Part shown: positions 38,171-51,746 of the stretch, in pieces
Layout: each line of letters starts with the position of its first letter
How positions within the stretch are numbered: position 1 is the stretch's first letter
Assembly: GCA_013265495.1 (NCBI GenBank)
Contig: MU058584.1
Span: 3,042,508-3,106,507, forward strand
Source of the DNA: Vicugna vicugna
Lineage: Eukaryota
Reading direction: 5' to 3'
DNA: 64,000 nucleotides
The notes under the pieces: generated by a model
Told to the model about the DNA's origin: nothing
What the model saw: only the letters and a program-made list of their open reading frames with translations
Databases searched by the model: none
Made by a program: the position numbers and the translations under genes

Positions 38171-41100
38171 GCCAAAAAAAAGAAAGAAAGAAAGAAAGAA
38201 AAGCAAGCAAGCAAAAAAAAAAAAAATCGCTTAACGTTGTACTGTGAGGTAGAGACATTAAGCAGTAACATGCTTCATCTCCCTGTTATATCCCACCAGT
38301 CACTCTGGACTCAGTGGTCTCCATACTCACCACATACTTTCAGGCCTCCATGTTTTCACTCGCACTGCTTTCTATGCCAAGAATATTCTGATAAGACTGG
38401 AAAAGTCCTACTCATCCTTCAAGATACAACTCAATTGGCCCTCTTGTACAAAATCTTAGTTTCTTAGAACTAATCCATGTAGCATTTCACTTCCATAACA
38501 TGTTTTTCCCTCCTATACCATTCTGAACATGCACACATGCATAAAGGGCGTCAATCACACGCTCCTCTTACTCATGGGTCTGTCTGCCCACACTGATTGT
38601 GAGTTCCACAAGGGGAGAGAAAATCAGTTTTTGCTCTTGTATTCTTAGCATCAAAGAATAATTCCTGGCATAGTATAAGGACTTGAGTCATTCTTCAGCA
38701 ACAACAGGAATATTCTAAATAAAGCCTTGAACTCACGTGCTGAAACACTTCACAAAAGGATTAGATGAAGATGATGCCTGAATAAACTGTTCTTTTCACT
38801 CAGTAGTTAGCTATCACTTTCTGAACCCATGCATTCTCCCCCTGATCTGAAGTGAAGTACTACTGCTTGCAGACGAGCTATATTGAAATTAATGAATTAA
38901 GTTCTAAGCCTTAAATAAAGTGACAAAAATAAAGATGAGGTGCAGGAGACGGCAGGCATCTGTCTGGTCCTTCTAACATTTTGATGACTTTAAGATATAC
39001 TGGCATGACATAATTAAACTCTGTTTCTATGGATATACAAGCCACATCAAATTTTTTTTTGCCCTAGTAAAGCCAAAAGTGTGAGAAAAAATAAAATTTA
39101 CTTATTTCTATCACTGTTTTGAGCACATATACCTGTTGAAGGAGACAATAACAAATTCTTACTGATACTTTTTCGGATTACAGTCATACATCCATAAAGT
39201 TACATATTAAGATGTGGGTGACAAAAGAAAAAAAAATTCTTTCTTGCACTTTTCCTCAGAACTACTCATCTTTCTCGCTTTCAAAAAAAAAAAAAGGGAA
39301 TTCTGTTCATAGCTTTTACTGTCATATAAATTTAAAAGAATAGACCAGTTTTCCCTTGGCTGTTTACCAGGTAAGTTTGCTTGGATTTTCACTAAGATTT
39401 AGAGCACTCTCTATAGAGATCACCATTTACTCAACCCACTACAGACTCAAAAGAAAAAGAAAAAAAGCAAGTACTTGAGTTTAGGAGTTCAGAAAACTTC
39501 CTTTTATTCTTAAATTCCAGCACTACCTTGGACTAATTTAACACCTCTGATAAAAGCTGGCAGATCTACCATTTCCGCTGCTACAAATTCACACAAAGGA
39601 AACAGCGGTGTGAAGGTCAAGGCAGCTAATCATTCATCACTAAACATTAACAAAGTAAACAAAAGGGGAAAGAAAAAAAATGAGGAAAGGGAATTAGATT
39701 TGTTTTCAGTTAATATGACATATTACCATGTTTTAATCTGTGGAAAGAAACTTTGTCCTATCTTGGACTGGGAAACAGAGATTAATTTTTAAAATACCCC
39801 AAGGGTTGGGGGCAGGCACTAACTGGTTAAAGAAAGAATCACCTTAAGAAAAACTGCTAATGTTCTATATCACTGTCATCTGATTATGATAACATGGTAA
39901 TGTGGTGAGGCTGTACACTGAACCCCACTAAGACTCAGACAGTTTATAAGATTTTCTGAAGGACACTCAGCCAGTTAAGTGGCAACAGGAATCAAACCTT
40001 GGTGTTTTACCTCCAAATACTGTATTTCCTTAACCTTACAATGCATTCCTACCCTATCCTCACCATTTTAAAGTTTCTAAAGTAGGAATATGTCTTAAAA
40101 CCTATTATACGATCAGTATAGTATTATTTCTGCTTTTTCTTGAACACTCTAAGTCAATGGTGAATCATATAATCAATAACATACTAGAATGTGAAAAAAT
40201 ATGTAATAGATGAAAGCCAGACCCTCAAACATTTCTGTGAATTAGTAAAATGTCATAAAATTGCCTTAGTTTAGGTTTAAAAATAATCTGCCTCTACTCT
40301 GAATTAGTATAACAGAAATAATTTTAAATATACTTCTACACTCCATATTTGATAATGATTTTTTTAAGTGGAGCTGTAAGTGGGGAAAATTAACCTTTTT
40401 ATTTAAAAAAAAAATTAAGTTCCAGAAGGCAAGGGCCATAATTATATGTCAGTTTTGTCTGCAACTGTCTTTTAAGCACCCAGCACAGACCTTGATACAT
40501 GTATGTGTTCAATTTTGTTAAATGAATAAATGAACAGAGGACTCTATTAAGGAATTATTACTAATGTGATACTAATAAGTTCTTTGAAAGATAGGGGCCA
40601 AAATTACTGGAGCAGATAGATACCCTTAATTCAACGTAACATTACATCTCCATCATAATAAGGAGGGCATGTTATAATTATCAGATGACAATGATATAGA
40701 AAGTTAGCACTTGTTCTAAAGGTGATACTTTTTTTTTCACCAGCTAGCACCCCCATCTCCCCGCATCTGGGGTATTGTCACGAAAGGACTAGAGCTAGTT
40801 GGTTTAATCATTCCATTACTCACATTTAGTAAAGGAAGTGGATTCTGGTTAATACTGTAGAGGTGTTATTAACTGACGTATGTAAATGTGGTCACAAACA
40901 AAAGGAGTTAAAAACATGAATTCTGGAAACCTGCTGATGAAATAATCTACTCTTTTCAGCAAGTAAACTGTTGACACTTTAAAGACTCTAATAAGAGAAA
41001 TGCTCCCCATTCTCAAAAACGCTCTGTTCTGATTTACTATAAGAAGGCTTCCCCACTAAAACAAGCAATGCCATTCTCCCATTGCTGGAGGTAACTTGAA

Positions 41101-41263
41101 TAAAATATACTTTGTTTTTACATGTTTAGCATGAACATCAACCCTGAGCGAAGGAAATTACGTTTTTCACTCATTGAAACAAAAGCATGCGAAATTACTT
41201 GTATCCTTTTAAAAATGGTCTCAAGTTGGTGGTGAACTAAAGCCTTACGATTAACAGTACTGG

Positions 41264-41871
41264 GTAAAACGGAGTGTAGCTATGGAAAACAGTACGTTGA
41301 TTCCCCCCAAAAAATTAAATATAGAATTGCATTATGACCCAGCAATCCTACTCCTGGGTATATTTGCAAAAAAGAAATGAAAACAGGAACTCAGACGTTT
41401 ATACATCCATGTTCATAGCAGTGTTACTCACAAAAGCCAAAAGGTAGAAGCAATCTAGTGCCTTTTGACAGATGAACAGACATTCCATACTATGTGTATA
41501 CCACGTCTGGTTTAGCTATTCACCCCCAAAAAAGGAAGGAGATTCTGACACATGCTACAATACGGATGAACCTTGAAAACACTACGCCAGTTATAAAAGG
41601 GTAAGTATCGTATGACTATACTCATATGAGGTCAATCAACTTCACAAAGACAGAAAGTAGCATGGCAGCTGCCGGGGACTGAGGAGGGGAGTGGGTAGTG
41701 CGGAGTTAATTAATAGGCACAAGATTTTCAGCTTGGGAAGACGATAAAGTTCGCGAGATGGATAGTAGAGATGGCTGTACGATAATGTAAACTGTACTTC
41801 ATGTCATAGAACTGTACAGGCGAAATGGTTAGAACAGCAAAGTTTGTATCTATCTTATCATCATAAACAGA
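41264..41871 (+). mobile_element. 5'-truncated L1 (L1MB-like) with TSD
   Basis: atgacccagcaatcctactcctgggtata...; TSD gattaacag(t/c)actgg at 41249-41263 and 41872-41886. Confidence 0.88.
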
Positions 41872-44316
41872 GATTAACAGCACTGGAATTACTGGATACA
41901 GGAAACCAGAAAGTAGTTTCTAGGCTTAAGAGAGATGCTTTGAGAATTCCTCAGGAAAACTGCTATCACGAGCAGTCAGCTGACAAGTTTAAACCTTGAG
42001 ACTCTCCAGGCATGACACACACGTGTTCTGACCCACTCTTCCATATTCTTTTACTCAAGAGGTTCAGAACACACTGCTTAGCCTGCCCTGTGTATTTAAC
42101 ACCAGCACACTCCAAAAGACCTGATTATCTAAACAAGGTGTGAAGAACGTAGGAGTGTCCCTAATTAAACACTTGCCACTGGATCTGAACAGACTTTCAA
42201 ATTTCAGAGAGGAATTTAGCCAAGCACTCTGGAGAGAATACTCAGAGCAGGCTGCTGACAGGGATTCAGCAATTCAAACACACACCACATTCAAGAACAA
42301 TCATTCACCGCACTGCATTCTTTTCACCCTCTGGCTTCTTAAGTCTTTGAAAAAAGGGGTAGGCAACCTTTGATCTCAAATGAATCCATGTTTTTACATT
42401 TTCCCTCATAAAAATCACGTAAGAGTTGGCAAAGTACAAGAGAGCAAAGAAAGAATAAATAAGGTACACTACTATCAGCGCCAAATGGGTCAACCCATGA
42501 CTTAAATATAAGGAATGAAACCAAAAAGTTCTCAAAGAAAACAAGGGTGACTTTCTTTACAACTTTGGTGTAGAGAGGGACTTTCTAACCATGACTAAAA
42601 ATCCAAAAGCCATAAAAGACTAATAAACCTGACCAAAAAAGAAAAAAAAAATCCAGCAAATAAGATTTTGCCTGGACAAAAACCATTCTAAGTAAAACTG
42701 AAACACAAATAACCATTTGCAAAAATTATTTGCAACTTGCAGCATACAGAGAGGGCTAAGAGCTAAAAATTAAGAGAAAGACCAACAACCCAAGAGAGAA
42801 ACAGGCAAAGAGCATACAATCTCTCGACCACCAAAGAATGAAAAAATATATAAACAGCTCTCAGACAAATAGAGACGCTAGATGCAAATGCAAATTGAAA
42901 CTACAATGAGATATCAATTCTTATCTATTAGATTGTTAAAACCCCAGAAGTCTGATAATTTCTATTGGAGGTTGAGGAAACCATGAATTTTTCATGCATA
43001 GCTCTAGGGAGTGAAAAATGGTAAAACTCCAATTTACCCAGTTTATAAGTTTATATTTTGGTGACGCATCCACTGTTTGTTTAACATGTGCTTTTCAGGT
43101 ACATACTATGTACCATGCATAGGAACTATAACATATATAAACACAATTAAGAAATTACTACCTTAATACACACCTGGAAGCATATCCATGAGATTGTTAA
43201 GTGGTAAAAAGGGTGGGGTGGGACATATCTAGAAGCATAAAATAACCTTTGTGATACTGTTTTCTCTTTTTTGAAAGTTGCACGTGTGAGTAAGTAGATA
43301 CATCAGTATTCAGTATTGTAATATTGAGGAGACTGTTTCAAACCATTTAAAAAAATTACTACAATTGTGCTGAACACTGGAATTTGACACAACACTGTAA
43401 AATGATTATGAATCAATAAAAAATGTTAAAAAAAATTACTACCTTAAAAGAGTTGGAGAGGAAAGGAGAAGAAAACAGATGAAAATTAGAAGCAGACAAA
43501 AATAAACAAAAAATCCTGTAATATAAGGCAGAATATGAAAAACTGTGATGGAAACTTGAATCATTCTATTTAGTTCCCTCATCTTTACAACCCAAAACAA
43601 ACAAACAAAAAACCCAATTCATATGTTCTCTTAAAATTACTTTATGCTACAGTGCATATCTGAAACCAAGTGACCTATTTCCTTGCCTGAGAATGACCTC
43701 ATTGAAGAAATCATAGTACAGTTTATAATCTGAAAGCCTCATATTTTGACTGTTCATGTCTCAGGTATCTATAGAGTCAACTGAGATATAACCTAAGATC
43801 CTAAAAAGTAAACAAAACGACAAAACAAAACATGGAAAGAGCAAGCTGATATGCATTTTAAATCAAAAAAAAGAAGTATATATCCCCTAGTAACACTTCA
43901 AATGCTCAAGTGTTTCACACTGGATACAAGTTCATAATCCTCCAGTATAAAAACTAACAAGCAATAAAGAACAGGTACAGAAACTATTTGCAGCTAATAA
44001 AACAAAAATTATAGAAATAGGTCATTTCAGTGATTTTCCGAAGATCTTTAATATCTCAGAATACCTACACTATAGCTCTATATATTCTTCTCTTATTAAT
44101 ATTGGTGCACGGAGCCAGGCAAGCAGAAGTGAAAAACGTGAGTATACATCCTCCTTGGCTGCAAACAAACACATGGGATTCTTTTGTGTTTTTCTGCTGC
44201 CCCTTCCCTACCCCTGCCCTTTTTTGTATTCAATACGCAATTATTTCACTCAGCCCTACCAGTCTAGTATTTGTGGATGTTCCTACTTCACAGCGCATGG
44301 TGTACACTCTGGTCCT

Positions 44317-44510
44317 CAGGGGTTAGCATAGCTGGTCTGCTGCCTGTTTTACTGGAACACAGCCAAACTCATTCACTTACATATTGTCTAGGGTGCTTTC
44401 ATACTACAATGTCAAAGCCGAGTAATTGTGATAGAAACTATACGGCCTGAAAAATAAATACAAAAATATTTATTATCGAGATCCTTACAGAAAGTTTGCT
44501 GACCACACTG
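44317..44510. mobile_element. MER58A-like hAT MITE
   Basis: caggggttagca...ttttactggaacacagcca...cttacagaaagtttgctgacc. Confidence 0.8.
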
Positions 44511-46459
44511 GTAAATGACCATGGCATGCCTGATAAAATTAACTGCTAGACATACGCCTCACCAGACTTTTTGAAATAACTGGAAGGAGTTTAAAGACCA
44601 GCTTGAGCTGAACTTCCTCAATGATCATTCTTAACCTTTATTTCATTTAAAAAAACTCCAGTTTCAGATGGTGACTTCTAAGTACCAGTGTCCAGGGAGC
44701 AGTACAAATGGGGCATCTAAAATGACTACTGTAAAAAAATAATAATAATAATAAAGTAATATAAAATAAAATGACTACCGTGAGCCATCACAAATAAAGC
44801 AGTAACATCTGCATATAATTAAAATACAATTGCTCTTTGTCGCTTAAAATAGAAAGTATACATCATTGCATTTTATTAACATTTCGACCCCAGCTACAAT
44901 TTTAAAACTTCATATTTAAATAATCAAATTTAAGAGCAATAGTCTACATATCAATGGACCTCTGTCAAACCAACAAAGAGATCTATGTTGTCACTGTCTT
45001 GGCTTTCATCTTTGGGTAAGCCAAAATGCTAAAGCATTTCACCAGGTGCAGTACACACCCTGGCTGCACAAGAATACAACTTCCTGGCGGACATCCCAAC
45101 TTGAGGCCCCACAAAGTCCTCAAGCAGCAAGTCTTCTAACCAACCTACTCCTCTTTCCTCTATTCCCAACCTTCATTTGGTCACCAAAGCCGTAATGTGA
45201 GTGTCACCTTAGTTTCTCCTTCACATTAAATCAATCACTAAGTTCTACTGGTTCACCTCTATGTATTTCTCAACTTTGTCCCCTCCTTTTCATCCCTCTC
45301 ATTGCTGTAATAGCTTAGAACATGATTTTTTGCTAGGCTACTATAACAGTCTTCTGACATTTCCACGTCTGGGCATGTCCCTTTCACATTTATCCTTCAG
45401 AATGCAGTATGCATCACAAAATGATTCCAGGAAGCCTTGAAACTTAGTTGCATTTAATATGCAGAAGGTGGGAGGCACCCAGATAGAAGGGAGAGCAGTT
45501 CACAAAAAATGAGTGGCATGTGGAAACTGTCAGACAGGTCACAATGGCTGGAGTGCTGGATGAGATGGGAGATGAAGCATTAGGCAGTAAGAGCATGAAG
45601 ATCTTTGAGAATTTCAGACTATAATTCCATCTCCTACTTATTCCCACGTGCCAGACCAACCAAAATGCTGCTGTCACAGACAGTATTCAAAGAAGACGAA
45701 AGACAGCTGTGAAAGAATCACTTATGTAACAAACATTGAAAGAATCATGATCATACTTCATGCGTGTGCCAACCTCCCCACTGCACTACCTGCTGAATGA
45801 CAGTATGTTCAAGAGCCAAATAATGCCCTGGAACATAGAGTTCTTGAGCCAGTGACTTTAGCCCCTCTTACTTGCTAAAGTCCCATCTCAAAAGCCACTT
45901 CACTCTCAAACTTTCTGCCTGAATCTTCCCCTACTAACTGAATGTTATGTCTCTCTCCCAGGTTCTCACACCCCTATATGCCTCTATTCGCTCTCACTCT
46001 TTCACTACGAAAGTCTGATCATCCTGTTGCTCAAATGTAAATTCCAGACTTTATCTCAACTGTGAACAACTTAAAGTCACCAAATTATTACGCTTACTTG
46101 TGTTCCTGAAGTGCCAAAAGGCACTGGTGTATAATAAAGGAGAAATGACAACAGGAAGACAAAATCCTACTCTACTTTTCTATTTAGATAATTGCAATAA
46201 AGAAGAAACTTGAGAGCTCTAAAAATAGGATGTGGAACCATGTTTGGTTTTATGGCTACTTCCCATCCCTAAGGATCAGTAATCTAGACCTATATACATT
46301 TAAAACAGCTTTAGATGATACACTGGAAAGCTAAAATAAGCAACTGAAAGATCTCAGTAGCAGCAGGCAGACACTTTCAGTATGACAGAACCAAACACTA
46401 ATTTAGGACAGGAGAGCAAGGAAGGACATATACATTAAATAGTGGATGTGGTCACTCAC

Positions 46460-46604
46460 CTGTCGAATCGACATGGTGCAGAGAATATACAGGAAGATGA
46501 AGGAACAGTCAGTGGTGTCGTCCCCCAGCAGATTTCGATGAGACAGTCCTTGGATGTAGGAAAGTGGAGTGAAAGGGAGTTTTGCCACCACTCTACCATC
46601 AAAT
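46460..46604 (-). CDS. TMCO1: TMCO1 coding exon 6
   Basis: (I)FDGRVVAKLPFTPLSYIQGLSHRNLLGDDTTDCSFIFLYILCTMSIRQ; tttag|A...CAG|gtgagt; 145 nt. Confidence 0.98.
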
Positions 46605-46817
46605 CTAAAGAGGAAAAAACAAAGAATTGTTATTTTTGGAAGACTGACAAGCTTCTTAGTTCCAGAGGAGAATCAGGGACAGAAATAGAACTTCAAGTCC
46701 TTTGATCTCTAAAAAACAAAGAAAAGGTGATATTCTGAAAAGAGACCTGGAGTACCAGAATGTACGGAAAGACCTAGATTTTTTCCATCTAGGAAAAAAT
46801 TTAGTTTTTTCTAAACT

Positions 46818-47010
46818 AGTGGTTCTTAATTTTTTTCAGTATCAGGATTCCTTAACACTCTGAAAAATTATTGAAGACCCTAAAAAGGTTTTGTTTAGAG
46901 GTTATATCTATCAATATTTACTGTGTTAGAAATTAAGACTGAGAAATATTGAAATATTTATCAACTCACTTAAAAGGTAGAAATATTCATTACAAGTATT
47001 TTTATAAAAA
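46818..47010. mobile_element. hAT Charlie1-like fragment
   Basis: agtggttcttaa...ctgaaaaattattgaagacccta...gttatatctatcaatatttact. Confidence 0.6.
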
Positions 47011-47019
47011 AAAACTATA

Positions 47020-48812
47020 TCCCTATAGATCCAATACAATCTCTATCAAAATTCCACTTTTCACAAAAATGGAAAAAAAAACAATACTAAAACTCGTATG
47101 GAACCACAAGAGATCCTAAACTGGCAAAGCAATTTTGGGAAAGAACGAAGCTGGAGGCATCAACTTTTTGATTTCAAACTATATTACAAAGTTATATATA
47201 TATAAACAAACCAATATGAAACTGGCATAAAAACAGGCATGCAGACTAATGGAGCAGAATGGAGAGTCCAGAAATAAATTCATACGTATAGAATCATTTG
47301 ACAAATGAGCCAAGAAATACTCACAGGGGAAAAGGATAGTCTCTTTAAAAAATGGTGCTGGGTAAACTGAATATTCACAAGCAAAAGAATGATACTGGAT
47401 CCCTATCATACACCACTCATAAAAATTAACTCAAAGTGGATTAAGGTCTTATATATGAGACCTGAAACTGTAAAACAAAACAAAGAAGAAAACAAAGGAA
47501 AAGGCTCCTTGACACTGGTCTTGGCGATGATTTTTTGGATATGACACCAAGAGCATAAGCAACAAAAATCAACGAATGGGACTACATCAAACTAAAAAGC
47601 TTCTGCACAGCAGAAGAAACAACAAAATGAAAAGGCAAATTATGGAGTGGGAGAAAATATCTGCAAACCATATATCTGATAAGGGGTTAATATCCAAAAT
47701 AGATAAGGAATTCTTACAACTCAATAGAATCATCATCATCATCATCATCATCACCATCCAATTAAATAGAAGGTATTCTAAACAGAAGGGCAGAGGGAAA
47801 AAAAAAGTGGGCAGAGGATATGAATATATATTTTTCCAAACAAGACAAATAGCCAAGAAGTACATGAAAAGGTGATCAACATTACTAATTATCAGGGAAA
47901 TGCAAATCAAAACCACAATGAGATTTCACCTCATGCCTGTTAGAATGACTACGAACAAATGAATGAGAGAAATCAAACGCTGGCAAGAATGTAGAGAAAA
48001 CCCTTATGCACTGTTGGTGGGAATGTAAACTCGCACAGCTACTATGAAAAACAATATGGCTATTGCTCAAAAAATTAAAAATAGAACTATCATATGATCT
48101 AGCAACCTCATTTCCAAGTATTTACCCAGAGGAGTTGAAATAAACTACTATCTCAAAGAGATCGGCACTCCCTTGTCACTGCAGTATTATTCATAGCAGC
48201 CAAGACACAGAAACAACCTAAGTGTCCATCGACAGATGAATGGATAAAGAAAATGTGGTGTGTATATATGTATATATGTATATATATACTGCATGTACAA
48301 TGGAGGTTTTTTCAGACATAAAAAAATGGAAATCTTGCCATTTGTGATAACACAGATGAAACCTCAGGGCATTATGCTAAGCGAAAAAGTCTGACAGAGA
48401 AAGACAGATACTGTATGATATCATTTACACGTGGAATCTGAAAAGGCTGAATTCATGGAAACAATTAGATTGGTGGTTCCAGAGGGTTGGGGGTGGGGGA
48501 AATAGGGAAACACTCATCAAAGGGTACAAACTTTCAGTTTTAAGATGAGTAAGTTCTGGGGATCTAATGTACAGAAAAGTGGTTATAGTTAATACTGTAT
48601 TATACACTTGAAAGTTGCCAAGAGAGTAAATTTTAAGTGTTCTCACCACCACAACAAAATGGTATTTACATGAGGTGAAGGATCTGTTAACTTTATTGTG
48701 GTCATCATTTTGCAATATATATGTGTATCAAATTATCACTCTGTACACCTTAAACATACACAATGTTCTATATTGTATGTCAATTATATTTCAATAAAGC
48801 TGGAAAAAAGCT
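47020..48812 (+). mobile_element. L1 ORF2 C-terminal part and 3'UTR (L1MA-like), antisense to TMCO1
   Basis: Degenerate ORF2 (e.g. WEKISANHISDKGLISKIDKEFLQLN); ends caattatatttcaataaagctggaaaaaa; contains (ATC)n at about 47729-47756. Confidence 0.93.
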
Positions 48813-49859
48813 TTTAAAAAAAGCTTATGTCCTTTTTTAAAAAATAACTTACGTAAATTATTCATTTATGTGAAACTGAACACTTACTATACATGAGACC
48901 TTAAACTAGCCACAAACATGAGAAAAAAAAGTCAAGTTAACTTTTCTAGAAGACTAGAAGCTTGTCATAGGAATAGCTTATGTGAACTGGTGTCTAACCT
49001 AATGAAGAGTTGGAGAGAGAAGGAAAAAGGTGTAAAGAGAGGGATGGCTTATAATAGGTCAACTATTTCTTTAAGTGCACTTACTCTGTGCAGTTTCAGA
49101 CGGCAGGACCACTGCTCATGAACAGGAGAACAAGGAAGCATATTTTGGCGCAGTAAAAGGAACCACTTTCAAATCCTAAAAACTACTCAGTAAAACTGTA
49201 TAATCTCAGAAAACATCAAGCCCCTCATCACTGAAAATAATTAAAAAGAGGATGGAAAATTATCTGCTAGAGGTATTTTTGGAGGGGTTTCTGTACTGAC
49301 ACAGAAATAATGTGTTAAACGGCTTTTAAGATCTTTTCTAATTCTAAGATTATAACGTTTCAGCTTTATGGAAATGATGCAGAAAGAGAAGCCAAAGAGA
49401 AGTAAATCGCTAAAATCAGTGCCTTCTATTGCTTCTCTGGCAATCTGGGAGTTCAAGTCCTTCCTATCTTAGCCTAACCTGAGCCTTTTTTCTTGTCAAC
49501 AAATTTTAAAACTAAAATAGACATTAGAGAGAATGTATTCCAGTCTACAGATGGTAAAGGTGAAACTAAGAGAAATTACGCTGAAGAATGAATAGTTACT
49601 GTTCAATACAGTCAAATACGTACTAGACTTTTAATTTCACATGCCAGCTTATAAAAACAGAGATACAGCCTTTAACTTCCAGGTGCTTGCAGTAGTCTCA
49701 GACAAAAGAAGTATACATTTTTTTAAATGCACAGGGCACAAAGACCAGAATGAAAACATGAACACAGTCCAGCAATTGTGCTCCTCGGTATCTGTACAAA
49801 GGAGTCGAAAACTATGTTCATACAAAAATCTGCACACAGATGTTAACAGAAGCATTATT

Positions 49860-50620
49860 CACAACCGCCAACTGATGAACCTATAATGGCACCTCATTAT
49901 CACCCAAAGTACACAGTTCACATTAGGGTTCACTCATGGGGTTTTGTTTTGTTTCATTTTAATCAAAGTATAGTTGATTTACAATGTTACATTAGTTTCA
50001 GTGTACAGCATAGTGATTCAGTTATACATATATATATTCTTTTTCATATTTTTCCATTATATGATCTTATTTACAAAACAGAAAGAGACTCGTAGAAAAC
50101 AAACTTATGGTTACCAAAGGAGAAAGCAGGGAAGGGATAAACTAGGAGTCTGGGATTAGCAGATAATAATTTGGGGTTTTAATAAATATATAGCAACATG
50201 TGTCACTATTAAGTATCATACAGAATAGTTTTACCTTAAAAATTCTCTGTGCTCTGCTTACTCATCCCTCCCTCAAACCTAACCCTTGACATACACTGAT
50301 CTTTTTACTGCCTCCATAGTTTTGGCCTTTTCTACAATGTCATATAGTTGCAATCAAACAGTATGTGGTCTCTTTAGGTTGACTTCTTACGCTCAGTAAC
50401 ATGCATTTACAGCTCCTCCCTATCTTTGCATAATCAATAGCCTATTTCTTTTTAGCAATGAATAATATTCCACTGTCCAGATGTACCACAGTTTGCTCGT
50501 TTACCTACTGAAGAACATCTTGGTTGCTTCCAAGTTTTGGCAATTAACAATAAAGCTGCCATAAACATCTGCGTGCATGTTTCTGTGTGGACATAAGTCT
50601 TCAACTCAATTGGGTCCACT
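49860..50620 (-). mobile_element. L1MC-like fragment containing a younger inverted L1 insertion
   Basis: Reverse-complement similarity to 34640-34730; gatgtaccacagtttg...ttggttgcttccaagttttggcaatt. Confidence 0.8.
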
Positions 50621-51659
50621 TTCACTTCTTATTCTGTATTATTCCATATTGCTTCAATTTTTCAGAAGTTATTTGTTATCACTAATAAAAGAAAATTATT
50701 TTTTTAAACTTTGATTCTGATATCCATTCCTGGTTATGCTCTACTGCATAAGCTTTGGGATGCTACCTGATACACCATAAGCAAGTCATTTCAAATCATC
50801 AGAGAAAATATATATTATTTATTCACTACCTGGTATTGACAATGGCTAAGAACTTTGTAAAGCTGGAAACTAAACACCAAAATAAATTACAGATGAAACA
50901 AAATTTAAATATAAAAAACAGAAAGTAGAAAAAAATTATATAATCTGGTATGAGAAAGGCGTTATTTATATAACAGAAAAAAGAGTAATAGATTTTATAT
51001 AAAAATTAATATTGTCTATATATCTCCAAAAAGAGCTTAATAATTTCAATACATAAAGAATTCTTGTAAATAAAAAAGGAGGGAAGAACGTGAACTAGAA
51101 ATTTAGAAATGGAAAAATATAATAAGTATGTGAAGAGATGCTCAATCTCATAAAAAATACAAATTTTTAAAAAATATTACTTTTCAACTATTAGATTTTC
51201 AAAAATTAAACCGACACATAATTCCCAGTGATGCCAAGCATACAGAGAAGAGCTGCTCACCAGCACTGAGGGCAATAATCTAAAAATATGCATTAAGAAA
51301 ACTTTTGTGGAGAACAACTTTCATCAAAAATCTTACCCAAGCAATACTTCTAAGACATACCCGAGGAAAAAATAAGTATATACTAGTGTATATAATTCCT
51401 GTGAATATTCTATGTAAAGATTATAGAAGTTAGGATACATCCATTCAATGTAATACAGACACTAAAAATGATTATGTAAGGCTACAAGTACTGTATGTAA
51501 AAAATTATCACAGGTAACTACAGCAGGTTATGAAACAACCATTTTGGGGTATAAAAATCAATATATACAAATGTCTAAATGTTTGTATATAGACAGAAAA
51601 AGGACAAATCTTGAAGGATATGCATTCCTAATTGAGGAAGGCAGACTGATATTCAGTTT

Positions 51660-51746
51660 ATTTTTTTAGTGGAGGTACTGGGGAGTGAACCCAGGCTCTC
51701 ACGCATGCCAAGCACATGCTCTACCACTGAGCTACACCCCATGCCC
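51660..51746 (-). mobile_element. vic-1-like SINE, short form
   Basis: ggaggtactggggagtgaacccagg...ctctaccactgagctacacccc. Confidence 0.88.
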
